Shown: positions 28,234 to 38,562, counted from the stretch's first letter. The stretch is DNA of 64,000 nt from an uncultured bacterium (GCA_964617625.1 CAZTZL010000001.1:9783-73782), one strand, 5' to 3'. The notes: a model not told the origin generated them from the letters alone. Program-made: numbers and translations.

Positions 28234-31200
28234 ATGCGAAATCTGAGCCCAGCGAATAAACTGCTGATCTCATTCTGTGTTATACTCCCGGTGCTGTGTC
28301 TTTTTTGGTGTACATGCTCACAAAAAAGTCCGATGGATCCCACCAGTTCCCTACATAAAGATATCCCCATTTTGGTCGATATTCAGGCTTCTCCAAGTCA
28401 AATTGCTGTAGGTGAATCCCAATCTATCATACGTGTTCGTTTATTGGATAAAGATGGCAAACCTCTTGTCAATGAAGTTATTACATTCAGCACTTCCCTG
28501 GGAACGGTAACTACTGAAGCAACAACCGATGCCAATGGCTGGGCGCAATCGGTTTTTATCAGCGGGCAGGAAGTCGGAAATGCAAAAATTACTGCACAAT
28601 ATTCTGACAGGGCCTCTTCTGCCGTTATCGTGAATGTTATTTCACAATTGGATGCAAGGATCCGGCTTAGTGCGCAATTCGATGCAATTTATGCAAACGG
28701 AGTTGATGGAACCGATATTTATATTACGCTTTCGCCCGATGCAATGGACAGCAGCGGAGTGGTATCGCTCACAACATCGGCAGGTGTGATCGATTCTTAT
28801 ATAGAAATCAATGGCGAAACCAATTCTGTCAAGCTGATCAGTATCGCGAGTTCAAGAGATACCACCGCTGTAGTCACAGCCACATGGGGCGCATACTCGG
28901 CAGTGGTGACGGTTAAATTTAAGGGCATTCAGTTTTTTGTCGAATCACAATACAGTGAGCTTCCTCCTGACGGGAAAAGCAAAACCGCCATTATGGCGTA
29001 TGTAAAAGAAACAACAACACAAATAGGAGTCGAAGATCAGGAAATACGTTTTGGGACCTCAATCGGAAGCATCCCTTCTTCGGGAAAAACAGAGAATACA
29101 GGAATTGCCAGTGTAGATTTAACAAGTGGAACGATCGAAGGGATAGCGAATATTGTTGCGCGATATGGCGCCACATTTTTAGATACGGTGCAAGTGGAAT
29201 TTACGAGATCAAAATACTATTTTGACATCACAAGTGCATCAAACGCAATCCGTGCTAACGGCGAAGAAAGCAGCACAATTTCTGTTTCTGTGAAAGACCA
29301 GAACGGATATCCGGTCAGTGATGCTATGGTCCGGTTTGGAACCACAGTCGGAAGTATTGATTCCATTAAATTAACCAATAGTTCAGGAACAGCGGAAGCC
29401 ACTCTGATGAGTGCACCAAGTACTGCGGACCAGTGGGCGATAGTATCAGCCGTTGTGGATAGTGCCAGTAAAACAACCCAGGTATTGATGAAAGGTATTT
29501 TATTTGACCTTCAGGCGACGCCGACATATATAATTGCAGATGGTAAAAGCAAATCTGATGTCAAAGTGTTTTTAAAAGAGGTAACGACAGGTATCGGGAT
29601 TCCTGGTGCTTCTATTCGACTGGGTACGAATCTGGGTTCTATTCCCTCTGCAGTTACAACGGACCAGCAAGGTTTTGTGCAGATTCAATTAACCAGCAGT
29701 ACAACTCAGGGTCTGTCCAGGGTGCTTGGAGAGTATGGAAATATTCTCAAAGATTCTGTGTTTGTTCAATTTGGATCGATGGTTTCCCACAAATTAAAGC
29801 AGATCAAGGTTGAACCATCATCCTTGCTCGCCAATGGCGTGGATCAATCTTCAGTGAGCGCCTATGTGGAAGATGGAAATGGAGATCCGGTTTCCAAGGT
29901 GATTGTATCGTTTCAGACAAATTCAGGCAAAATTGAAAGTCAAGCCTTGACAGATGCAAACGGGCTGGCCACAGTTAAATTTACACCTCATGCGAGTCCC
30001 TTTGACAGCATCGCATCTGTTGCGGCTATTCTCGATACACAGATGGTTTCTACAATAATTAGAAGTGTCGGGGTTCAAGTGGATTTGTCGGCAACACCGG
30101 AAAGTATACTGGCTGACGGAAAAAGCACATCAAAAATAAAAGCCGTTTTGAAAGAGACCACCAGAAAGATAGCTATTCCCGAAGCGACTGTTTATTTCGG
30201 AACGGATCTGGGAACGATTGCCTATCAGGCGCAAACCAATACGCAGGGAGTGGCTACTGTCGATTTGACGAGTGGTACTCAGACAGGAACGGCACATGTG
30301 AAAGTTCGTTACGGTCAGGTCCTTGAAGACAGTGTCGAAGTTGTTTTTCAGGAATCCCAGCCGACCTATATCACTCTTTCAGCAACGCCTGCATTTATAA
30401 CGGCAGACAATCAGAGCCAAGCCACAATCAAAGCAGTTGTTTCCGATGCCAGTTGGAACCCGGTTGCGGATGGAACCATGGTTCAGTTTATTATTGTAGA
30501 AGGCACCGGCTCGATAGGCTCACAACAAATTACACAAAATGGGATTGCATTTACTTATTTGACAAGCGGCTCTTCTCCGGATACAGCTAAAATTATTGCC
30601 CGTGTCGGCAGTTTAATCTCGGATACTGTGAAAGTAATCTATACAATCGGCAATGTGGAAAATGTAGCTGTTTCTGTGAATCCCAATACAATTCCTGCGG
30701 ATGGTGTCACAAAAAGCGCCGTACAAGCTTCCGTAACGGATGCTTTGGGCCATCCCGTTGAAAATGTGTCCGTCAATTTTACGGCTACAATCGGCAAGAT
30801 CGGAATCAGCGCCAGAACCGATGAAAATGGGATTGCCAGTGTAGAATTTTCAAGTACGGTGATTGGATTATCGACTATCACAGCACAGGTCCTGTCGGAT
30901 GGTAAGACGATATCAGGTACTTCAATTATTCAGATACTTCCCGGCAGTCCCTATTATGTTATTGTCTCTTATTCACCATTATTTGTCTACGTCCGGGACT
31001 GCGGTAAACATCAAACCGTGTCGGTTTACGCGGATATCCGGGATGAAAAGAACAATCCCGTTGCAGACGGCACCTATGTCAAGTTTTCAATAATCGCATC
31101 GCCGGGATACGGAGATTCTCTCAGTACGGTCGAACCAGTGCCAACCGTGGGCGGTATCTCTCAGGTTTCGTACACCAGCGGGACACGGTCAGGGACAGCC

Positions 31201-32136
31201 CGGATCAAAGCCCAGGTCACAGACGGAGACGGCAATCCGCTCATTCCGGAAGTCGCCGGGACATCCACTGAATTCGTGATTTATTCAGGGCCGCCGTATA
31301 TCGAAGATATTTACGATCCATCATCGACCCATTTGACAATAACGGCTTCAAGTTTAAATACCTGGTCATGGCTGGGCTCGGACAGTATCTCCATTCTTGT
31401 CGGGGATAAGTACAACAATCCTGTTCAAAAAGGAACGGCCGTTTATCTGACCGCTTCTAGCGGTGTTGTGACCACGACGGCCTATACGGATACCAATGGT
31501 ATCGCGAATGTAATTTGGACTGGTGGCAATCCGACTCCGACCATCGACCGGTTTTACAATTATACGGGAATGCAGGATCCGAATACAGGCGCACAGATTG
31601 GTGACCATGTTTCTGATCCGCGCATACCGAATATGGAATATGATCCGGAACTTGGCAGAGGACGTGTGATCAATACCAAAGGAGATTATGGCGAGAATGA
31701 TGGTATAGCACGATTAATTGCCTGGACACAAGGAGTCGATGAAAACAATCAGTCGGCAAAACCCTGGGCCGAACTCCAGGTGATCTGGTCGAAAACCATT
31801 GCTCATTTTGAACAGACCACGTACAAGGATACGATCTGGCCCGGAGAATATGCCCGTATACGTTTTGAATTGTGGGACGCAAACGGCAATCCTGTTGTCA
31901 GCGGATCCGAGCTGACCGCCAGTGTCGAACCAAGCACTGCCAAAGCCGAACTTTCCTGGACGAGCCAGATAACTTATGATCCGGGTCAGTGCTATTACAA
32001 TTTATATGTTTATAATGTGATAGATATCACCAAGGATGAAGATCGGCCGGGATGGATGCGTGTGATGATCAGTGTATCCAGTGTGAATGGAGGCGGATAC
32101 ATTTATTCTGATGAAATTTATCTGGCCAAAGATTAA
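28234..32136 (+). CDS. Large secreted/lipoprotein with ~10 tandem Big_1 (invasin/intimin-type Ig-like) domains, embedded in the pilus operon
   Basis: 1300 aa. The signal peptide with Cys reads LLISFCVILPVLCLFWCTCS. Repeats of ~95 aa match the Big_1 pattern (A.P..I.ADG.S.S.I.A.V.D..GNPV....V.F....G......T.TD.NG.A.V.L.S....G...V.A). A non-repeat C-terminal region of ~400 aa follows. Confidence 0.8.
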   Translation: MRNLSPANKLLISFCVILPVLCLFWCTCSQKSPMDPTSSLHKDIPILVDIQASPSQIAVGESQSIIRVRLLDKDGKPLVNEVITFSTSLGTVTTEATTDANGWAQSVFISGQEVGNAKITAQYSDRASSAVIVNVISQLDARIRLSAQFDAIYANGVDGTDIYITLSPDAMDSSGVVSLTTSAGVIDSYIEINGETNSVKLISIASSRDTTAVVTATWGAYSAVVTVKFKGIQFFVESQYSELPPDGKSKTAIMAYVKETTTQIGVEDQEIRFGTSIGSIPSSGKTENTGIASVDLTSGTIEGIANIVARYGATFLDTVQVEFTRSKYYFDITSASNAIRANGEESSTISVSVKDQNGYPVSDAMVRFGTTVGSIDSIKLTNSSGTAEATLMSAPSTADQWAIVSAVVDSASKTTQVLMKGILFDLQATPTYIIADGKSKSDVKVFLKEVTTGIGIPGASIRLGTNLGSIPSAVTTDQQGFVQIQLTSSTTQGLSRVLGEYGNILKDSVFVQFGSMVSHKLKQIKVEPSSLLANGVDQSSVSAYVEDGNGDPVSKVIVSFQTNSGKIESQALTDANGLATVKFTPHASPFDSIASVAAILDTQMVSTIIRSVGVQVDLSATPESILADGKSTSKIKAVLKETTRKIAIPEATVYFGTDLGTIAYQAQTNTQGVATVDLTSGTQTGTAHVKVRYGQVLEDSVEVVFQESQPTYITLSATPAFITADNQSQATIKAVVSDASWNPVADGTMVQFIIVEGTGSIGSQQITQNGIAFTYLTSGSSPDTAKIIARVGSLISDTVKVIYTIGNVENVAVSVNPNTIPADGVTKSAVQASVTDALGHPVENVSVNFTATIGKIGISARTDENGIASVEFSSTVIGLSTITAQVLSDGKTISGTSIIQILPGSPYYVIVSYSPLFVYVRDCGKHQTVSVYADIRDEKNNPVADGTYVKFSIIASPGYGDSLSTVEPVPTVGGISQVSYTSGTRSGTARIKAQVTDGDGNPLIPEVAGTSTEFVIYSGPPYIEDIYDPSSTHLTITASSLNTWSWLGSDSISILVGDKYNNPVQKGTAVYLTASSGVVTTTAYTDTNGIANVIWTGGNPTPTIDRFYNYTGMQDPNTGAQIGDHVSDPRIPNMEYDPELGRGRVINTKGDYGENDGIARLIAWTQGVDENNQSAKPWAELQVIWSKTIAHFEQTTYKDTIWPGEYARIRFELWDANGNPVVSGSELTASVEPSTAKAELSWTSQITYDPGQCYYNLYVYNVIDITKDEDRPGWMRVMISVSSVNGGGYIYSDEIYLAKD

Positions 32137-32157
32137 AAATCCTAATGGAGTTTTGAA

Positions 32158-32922
32158 ATGAAAATAGTAAAATGGATGTTTTGTCTGCTTTGGATTGTTA
32201 CTTTCTCCTATTTGCATGCCCAAATTGCGGGTAATCCAGTCGAAGCAAAAGGCGAAAGCGAATGGACCATCAGCGCTGCCGGCAGTTATGTCGATATGGG
32301 ATTGGGTCAGGAACAAGTGTCTTCTCATCGTATTTTGATTAAAAGCAGCTGGGGAATCACCGATCGGATCGATATTTATGGACTCATCGGAATGGTTCAT
32401 TTGCATATGGGGATCAATCAGGAAAATGTATCGGATTATGAAGGGGAATATGAATTTGGCTATGGAGTGGGTTTTAATATGATTTTAAAACCTGTCTCGG
32501 ATATAAATCGAATGGGGTTCTGGTGCGGAGCACAAGTATTGCGGTTTCCTTCAAATGGAAAATTTGTCGAATCGACTCAATTGGCCAACTATGAATATGA
32601 TATGAAATATGACTGGAAGGAAGTTCATGTCTATCTCGGCATCGTCTATCCTTATCAGCATTTCCGTTTTTATGCAGCGGCTGCCGGCTATTTGATTCAG
32701 AGAAATGATACGAAACAGGAATTCATTGTGTATGGCGATGAGAGAACATACTGGGGTGAAGTTAAAGATGTCTATCGAAGCGGATTATGGACAGGAGCCA
32801 TTCTGGGAGTTGAACTTAATCTGGCGAATCGATTTGCTCTCAGCCTCGAGGGGCTCATTTTTAATACTCAAAATTATCAAATAAAAATAGGAATTTGTCA
32901 GACTGGGAGTGAAGGATGGTAG
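32158..32922 (+). CDS. Small outer-membrane beta-barrel protein (OmpW/OmpA-like 8-10 strand barrel)
   Basis: 254 aa with a signal peptide (...FSYLHA|QIAG). Hydrophobic and polar residues alternate in strands, and aromatic girdle residues are present. The C-terminal residue is aromatic (W). Confidence 0.55.
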   Translation: MKIVKWMFCLLWIVTFSYLHAQIAGNPVEAKGESEWTISAAGSYVDMGLGQEQVSSHRILIKSSWGITDRIDIYGLIGMVHLHMGINQENVSDYEGEYEFGYGVGFNMILKPVSDINRMGFWCGAQVLRFPSNGKFVESTQLANYEYDMKYDWKEVHVYLGIVYPYQHFRFYAAAAGYLIQRNDTKQEFIVYGDERTYWGEVKDVYRSGLWTGAILGVELNLANRFALSLEGLIFNTQNYQIKIGICQTGSEGW

Positions 32923-33040
32923 CATCCAATTTATATTGTATGTGGAACAAAAATTCATCAATAAAGATCGATCTTGTCCATTCTGGACCGAAGATTATGA
33001 TAAAGTGGATTGAATTGTTTGTGAAATGAGGTTTTAATTA

Positions 33041-33520
33041 ATGGCGCTGAAAAAAAGCGAAAAACGTATGCTAATCATCCTTGCGGGCGTCGTGGCTGTT
33101 GCCGGGATATTCAAGCTGATTGATAAGCCAAAAAATGTGAAGCCGGTTCCGGCAATTAATCAAAACCATCCGATCCAGACTCCCGGACAAGTGCTCCCGC
33201 CGCAAACCCAGGTACAATCTGCCAATGCAAACAGCAGTAAAAAAATTGTTAAATTTAAAAAATATGATTCATGGGGAAGGGATCCGTTTACGATTGTGAA
33301 GCCGCCTCCGCCGCCTAAAAAGATACCCCCGATGAAAATCGATGTGGTATTGAAAGGCATATTTTGGGAAGCAGGTAAAGCCTATGTATTAATCGATGAC
33401 TATGTGCTGAGTGAAGGTGAAGAGGAGGGTGGTATCAAAGTTGAAAAAATAGAAGGGAAGAATGTTATTTGTCGAAAAGGAGGCCGTCAATTCACTTTAC
33501 AATGGAGAGAAACATCATGA
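33041..33520 (+). CDS. pilP: Type IV pilus assembly protein PilP-like
   Basis: 159 aa with an N-terminal TM/signal anchor and a Pro-rich linker (PPPPKKIPP). An RDPF motif is present. The C-terminal beta-domain reads LKGIFWEAGKAYVLIDDYVLSEGEEEGGIKVEKIEGKNVI. Its stop overlaps the pilQ start (ATGA). Confidence 0.65.
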   Translation: MALKKSEKRMLIILAGVVAVAGIFKLIDKPKNVKPVPAINQNHPIQTPGQVLPPQTQVQSANANSSKKIVKFKKYDSWGRDPFTIVKPPPPPKKIPPMKIDVVLKGIFWEAGKAYVLIDDYVLSEGEEEGGIKVEKIEGKNVICRKGGRQFTLQWRETS

Positions 33521-35760
33521 AATGGAAAAATAGTCCTTTGAGACGAATAGCTCTGTTGGGATGGCTTTTCCTCTTTATTCCAATGCTTTTTGGTGAAGCC
33601 AACCTGCTTTCAATTAAAAAGGGAAAAGAAGGAGATAAGTGCTGGGCTATTTTCTCTTTTAACGAAAATGCACAATGGATTGGTATCTCCCAAAAAGAGG
33701 GTGAAAAGTTATGCCTCTATTTTTCAGGAATGGCAGGTCAAATGGATGGTCAAACCATTCAATTGGATGCATCCAAAGGGAAAATGATTACCATTAAGCA
33801 GATGACGAAAAATCCCCCCATTTTTAGAGCAGATCTGCACTATGATGGTGAGGAACCACTGGCTGTTTTAAAAAAGAATAAAAACCTGGTAATAGGTTTA
33901 AACGATCAGCAATTGCTTGAAGGGAAAATGACCGGGTTTGATGAAACCATCCAGCCTCCAGGCCGCTTGGTTAAAGTCACTCCGGAATATTCTGGTAAAA
34001 AAGTAACGACTTCTCTTCAGTTTGACGGAACGTATGATTGGGTAGGATATATCAGACCGTCCATTGATGAAGCCTTTCTGCTTATCCGGGGTGCAAAACT
34101 GTTTACGGGCGACCATGATTTTTCATTTGAAGAAGGGCCGCTTCAAACCATGAAATTATCTTCACAGAATGATGGAGATAAAGGTGTTAAGGCGGCAATG
34201 TACTTTGCTCCCCTTTCTTCATTTTCAATTGTACAGAAAGATGAAAATCTGATGATACAAACACCACATGTAAAAACAAGCGTGCCTGAAAAAGAAGAAG
34301 AATCATTCGCAACGGTTGAAAAAGAAGAATCAACACCGCCGGCAGACGTTCCGTCCGTTCCGGTTGTTGGTGAAGTCCCAGCTGAAATAAAAAAAGAAAT
34401 TGAACCGGAAAAACAAGCTGAAAATAATCAATCCTTTCAGGAAGAAAAACCTCTACAAATTCAAACGACAAATGAACAGGAATCAAAAGAAATCTCTCCT
34501 CAAGAGGAAGAATCAACGGATCAAATTAACTGGGACAGACGAGTATCATTTAAATTTCATTCAACCCCGATAAAAAGCGCGCTTCGGCTTTTGGCTTCCT
34601 CCAACAATTTGAATATGGTCATTGGAGAAGGTGTAGACGGACAGGTTACGATGAATTTGGAAAATGTGACACTGAAACAAGCGCTTGATATGATTGTTCA
34701 TGTGAATAATTGTGATTATGTCATGGATGATAATATCATCACCATCCGACCTGTTGCAATGGCTTTTACGGGAGGACGGATTACAAAAGTCTATCGGTTA
34801 AAATATGCGGATGCATTTAATGTAGCCGGCGTTGTAAGAAAAATTGTAACCAACGACACGCTGGTCGAAGTATTTCATCCGGAATTTCTGAATTTTCTTG
34901 AGGCGGGCAAGAATCGGATGCAAACCAATAAAGTTGCTGTGCAGGGAATTCGAAGATCAAGTACACTGGTGGTAACAGACCGGCCCGAAAAAATCAGGGA
35001 GGTGGATGTTGTTATTGCTGAACTTGATCGTGCTCCCATTCAAATTATGATAGAATCCAAACTGGTCGAGTTGGCACCCAATTCCAGTGATAAAATGGGA
35101 ATTGATTGGGATAAGACATTGTCAGCTCAATTGTGGAATCAGATGAAAGTCGGAGATGATAAACTGGATTATTCGCTGATTAATAGGGGTACTGACAAGT
35201 TAGGTGATTGGAAAATGGGTTATCTTTCAGCGGGACAGTACAATGTTATTCTTGATTTTCTGAAATCAAAAACAGATTCCAAACTTGTTTCCAATCCGCG
35301 TATTCTTGCTCTGGATAATGAGGAATCTTCGATCAGTGTCGGAACCACCGTTCCCGTGCCGCAAATTCAGAGAGGATCGGCAGGAAATTCCGATATGGTC
35401 ACTTTTGAGTATAAGGAAGTGAATATCCAGTTAAATGTGACGCCGCATGCTGATGATAATGATAAAATCACCATGTATGTAAATCCGGTCATCGAAGAAA
35501 TTACCGGATGGGTTGAATATGATCAGAACAGAGCGCCTGTTACCGACAAGAGATCTGTGAACAGTATTGTCACTGTAAAGAATGGTGAAACTGTCGTCAT
35601 AGGCGGGCTTATTAAAACTCAGAGAATCGAAACGGTTAGAAAAGTCTGGCTGCTTGGCAGTTTGCCTCTTTTTGGAAAGCTGTTTCAGCATAAAGAAGTT
35701 GATGACAGGCAAACAGATCTGATGATCTTCATTACACCAACAATAATAAATATGGGATAG
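33517..35760 (+). CDS. pilQ: Type IV pilus secretin PilQ
   Basis: The secretin C-domain reads ...VVIGGLIKTQRIETVRKVWLLGSLPLFGKLFQHKEVDDRQTDLMIFITPTII. Upstream it has N0/N1-type domains (VYRLKYADAFNVAGVVRKIV) and AMIN-like N-terminal domains. An E/P-rich linker is present. The start ATG at 33517 overlaps the pilP stop. The track ORF starts at 33469. Confidence 0.9.
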   Translation: MKWKNSPLRRIALLGWLFLFIPMLFGEANLLSIKKGKEGDKCWAIFSFNENAQWIGISQKEGEKLCLYFSGMAGQMDGQTIQLDASKGKMITIKQMTKNPPIFRADLHYDGEEPLAVLKKNKNLVIGLNDQQLLEGKMTGFDETIQPPGRLVKVTPEYSGKKVTTSLQFDGTYDWVGYIRPSIDEAFLLIRGAKLFTGDHDFSFEEGPLQTMKLSSQNDGDKGVKAAMYFAPLSSFSIVQKDENLMIQTPHVKTSVPEKEEESFATVEKEESTPPADVPSVPVVGEVPAEIKKEIEPEKQAENNQSFQEEKPLQIQTTNEQESKEISPQEEESTDQINWDRRVSFKFHSTPIKSALRLLASSNNLNMVIGEGVDGQVTMNLENVTLKQALDMIVHVNNCDYVMDDNIITIRPVAMAFTGGRITKVYRLKYADAFNVAGVVRKIVTNDTLVEVFHPEFLNFLEAGKNRMQTNKVAVQGIRRSSTLVVTDRPEKIREVDVVIAELDRAPIQIMIESKLVELAPNSSDKMGIDWDKTLSAQLWNQMKVGDDKLDYSLINRGTDKLGDWKMGYLSAGQYNVILDFLKSKTDSKLVSNPRILALDNEESSISVGTTVPVPQIQRGSAGNSDMVTFEYKEVNIQLNVTPHADDNDKITMYVNPVIEEITGWVEYDQNRAPVTDKRSVNSIVTVKNGETVVIGGLIKTQRIETVRKVWLLGSLPLFGKLFQHKEVDDRQTDLMIFITPTIINMG

Positions 35761-35763
35761 AAT

Positions 35764-36867
35764 ATGATTGGAAGGGAGCAGATCAATCAATTACTTGCAC
35801 ATGCAGTAAAGAATAACGCATCCGATATTCATTTATGTGAGGCCTATCCACCAATCGTCCGGATCGACGGCAAATTGGTTCCACTGAAAGGCAAAATCCT
35901 GACCAAACAGGATATGGAAGATATAATCGTTCAGCTGTTGGATGATTATCAAATGGAGAGATTCAGGAAAGATCTCGAAATTGATTTTGGATATGCCGTA
36001 CCCGGACTGGCTCATTTCAGAACAAATGCTTTTACAAAATTGGGAGGATTTGGCCTCGCTTTTCGAATTATTCCCGATCAAATACGAAGTTTGGAAGAGC
36101 TGGGTATGCCCGAAGGTGTGATTCGTCTTGCAAAGGAATTCGAGGGTCTTGTACTGGTTACCGGACCGACAGGGCACGGTAAATCAACGACTTTGGCCGG
36201 AATGATCAAGCTTATGAACGATGAACGTCATTCGCATATCATTACTGTAGAAGATCCTATTGAATATAGTTACAAACGCAAAAACTGTTTGATTCAACAA
36301 AGAGAATTGGGACATCATACAAGATCTTTTGCAGCTGCTTTAAAGAGTGCACTCAGGGAAGATCCTGATGTCATCCTGGTCGGAGAAATGAGAGATTTGG
36401 AAACAATATCGTTGGCACTCACCGCTGCAGAAACCGGGCATTTGGTTCTTTCCACATTGCATACAAGAGATGCTCCGGATACAGTGAATCGAATTATTGA
36501 TGTTTTTCCTGCGGGACAACAAGGGCAGGTTTTGGCACAAATTGCAGGTTCATTGCTGGGAGTGGTTTCACAACGATTGCTTCCTACTGCTTCTGGTTCT
36601 GGAAGAGTGGCTGCGGTTGAAGTTTTGTTGGCGAATTCGGCGGTTAGAAATCTTATTCGTGAGAAAAAGATACATCAAATTCCATCGATCATGCAAACAG
36701 CAACGACAGTGGGAATGCAGACAATGGATGACAGTCTTCTGCAATTGGTACGAGACAATAAAATAACGCGGCAAATTGCCATTAAATATGCTAAAGAACC
36801 CGAGAGATTCCTGCCAAAATTTAATACCGAAAATAAAAAACGTTTCGTAAAAAAAGAAACGATTTAA
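35764..36867 (+). CDS. pilT: Twitching motility retraction ATPase PilT
   Basis: 367 aa with no N-terminal T2SE_N domain. Walker A reads GPTGHGKSTT. The N-terminus is PilT-like (...DIHLCEAYPPIVRIDGKLVPL). Confidence 0.9.
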   Translation: MIGREQINQLLAHAVKNNASDIHLCEAYPPIVRIDGKLVPLKGKILTKQDMEDIIVQLLDDYQMERFRKDLEIDFGYAVPGLAHFRTNAFTKLGGFGLAFRIIPDQIRSLEELGMPEGVIRLAKEFEGLVLVTGPTGHGKSTTLAGMIKLMNDERHSHIITVEDPIEYSYKRKNCLIQQRELGHHTRSFAAALKSALREDPDVILVGEMRDLETISLALTAAETGHLVLSTLHTRDAPDTVNRIIDVFPAGQQGQVLAQIAGSLLGVVSQRLLPTASGSGRVAAVEVLLANSAVRNLIREKKIHQIPSIMQTATTVGMQTMDDSLLQLVRDNKITRQIAIKYAKEPERFLPKFNTENKKRFVKKETI

Positions 36868-36889
36868 TTAATAAAACTTTATGAAGAAT

Positions 36890-36934
36890 AAAATGTGAGT
36901 GTAAGAAAACACTTGCATTTTATTTTTTATTTTG
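36890..36934 (+). terminator. Putative rho-independent terminator after pilT
   Basis: The imperfect hairpin AAAATGTGAGTG-(8 nt)-CACTTGCATTTT has 2 mismatches. A T-run ATTTTTTATTTTG follows. Confidence 0.45.
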
Positions 36935-36986
36935 TATATTCAATTATGCGAATATGTTAATAAACAGATATAGCTGGAGGTTCTTT

Positions 36987-37904
36987 ATGGATAATTATGA
37001 TCTTATAATCATTGGCGGTGGACCTGCAGGATTGACTGCCGGAATTTATGCAAGCAGGGCTCAGCTTCGAGTCGGAATGATTGAAAGATTAATGCCTGGC
37101 GGGCAGGTTGCCAGTACGGAATGGGTCGAAAATTATCCTGGTTTTGAAAATGGAATCAGTGGATTTGATTTAATGCAAAATATGGAAAAGCAGGCAAGGA
37201 AATTTGGATTGGAGATTATTTCCGGAAAAGTGGAGGATATTTATTTAAATGATAGTATCAAAAAAATTGTTGCCAATGGAACCGAATATAAGACAAAGAC
37301 AGTTGTCATCGCGACGGGCAGTGACCCGAGGCTTTTAAATATACCGGGTGAGAAAGAATTTAAAGGCCGGGGTGTATCTTATTGCGCAACTTGTGACGGG
37401 CCGTTTTTTAAGGATAAAAATGTCGTTGTCGTCGGAGGAGGGAGTTCAGGATTACAAGAAAGCCTATATTTAAGCCGATTCGTTAAATCGATAAAGCTTG
37501 TGGAAATTATGACCTATCTCAATGCAGAAAAAATACTTCAAAAACGGGCAAGAGAAAATCCTAAATTTTCTTTCTATTTAAATCATGAAGTCCTCTCGAT
37601 AAACGGAGAACAAAAAGTCGAATCTGTGTCTGTTCTGGATCGTGATTCAGGAAAGCAAACAGAAATTGAAGCGGACGGTATTTTTATCTGGGTGGGGCTG
37701 AATCCCAACACCCAATTTTTAAAAGATAAAATTGAATTGGACAAATGGGGATACGTTGTAACGAATAAAAATATGGAAACATCCGTTCCCGGTGTTTTTG
37801 CGGCTGGGGATGTTTGTTCCAAAACAATCCGGCAGATATCCACGGCAGTCGGCGATGGAACCGTTGCGGCTGAATTGGCTCTAAAATTTATCGAGAATTA
37901 TTGA
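36987..37904 (+). CDS. trxB: Thioredoxin reductase
   Basis: The FAD motif is IIIGGGPAGLTAG and the redox-active site is CATCDG. An NADPH-binding GGGSSG motif is present. The track ORF starts at 36954. The Rossmann start suggests the ATG at 36987. Confidence 0.9.
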   Translation: MDNYDLIIIGGGPAGLTAGIYASRAQLRVGMIERLMPGGQVASTEWVENYPGFENGISGFDLMQNMEKQARKFGLEIISGKVEDIYLNDSIKKIVANGTEYKTKTVVIATGSDPRLLNIPGEKEFKGRGVSYCATCDGPFFKDKNVVVVGGGSSGLQESLYLSRFVKSIKLVEIMTYLNAEKILQKRARENPKFSFYLNHEVLSINGEQKVESVSVLDRDSGKQTEIEADGIFIWVGLNPNTQFLKDKIELDKWGYVVTNKNMETSVPGVFAAGDVCSKTIRQISTAVGDGTVAAELALKFIENY

Positions 37905-37905
37905 A

Positions 37906-38205
37906 ATGATGAAAACTGTACAACAGTTCGACTATGATGAAAGAGCGCTTATATTGAAAGCGCTTGCGCATCCAACACGATTGCGCATTGTCAATTTAAT
38001 ACGAGGGCAGAAGCCATGCGTCAGGGGAATCGAAGAGGCCCTGGGTTTGGCTCAACCCAACATTTCACAGCATTTGTCTCTTTTAAGAAATATCGGAATT
38101 GTTGAGGCGGAAAGAGAAGGGAATCAGGTTTGTTATCGTATTAAAAATCCACTCGTTTTAAAATTACTGGATGTTCTATCTGACCAAAAAACAAATTCTA
38201 CTTAA
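37906..38205 (+). CDS. ArsR/SmtB-family transcriptional regulator
   Basis: 99 aa with a winged HTH (ALAHPTRLRIVNLIRGQKPCVRGIEEALGLAQPNISQHLSLLRNIGIV). Confidence 0.8.
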   Translation: MMKTVQQFDYDERALILKALAHPTRLRIVNLIRGQKPCVRGIEEALGLAQPNISQHLSLLRNIGIVEAEREGNQVCYRIKNPLVLKLLDVLSDQKTNST

Positions 38206-38229
38206 CCATATCAAAAGGAGGAATACTTT

Positions 38230-38562
38230 ATGGGCAGTGAAATCACTTTTACAGATGCAAATTTTCAGAATGAAGTATTGGAATCGGACATTCCCGTACT
38301 TGTCGATTTCTGGGCCACATGGTGTCACCCCTGCAGGATGTTAACGCCTGTCATCGAAGAGATCGCAGAGGAATATAAGGGAAAAGCAAAAATAGGTAAA
38401 CTGAATGCAGAAGAGAATCCAAACATGACGGGTCAGTATGGAGTCATCAGCATTCCTACCCTGATCATATTTAAAAACGGAAAGCCAATCGATCAAATTA
38501 CAGGTGCAGTACCCAAGGATATGATTATAAAAAAGCTGGATAATGTGCTTTCCAAGGAATGA
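38230..38562 (+). CDS. trxA: Thioredoxin with atypical CHPC active site
   Basis: 110 aa. The active site WATWCHPC sits where the canonical WCGPC occurs. The cis-Pro region [14 protein letters not shown] is conserved. Confidence 0.85.
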   Translation: MGSEITFTDANFQNEVLESDIPVLVDFWATWCHPCRMLTPVIEEIAEEYKGKAKIGKLNAEENPNMTGQYGVISIPTLIIFKNGKPIDQITGAVPKDMIIKKLDNVLSKE

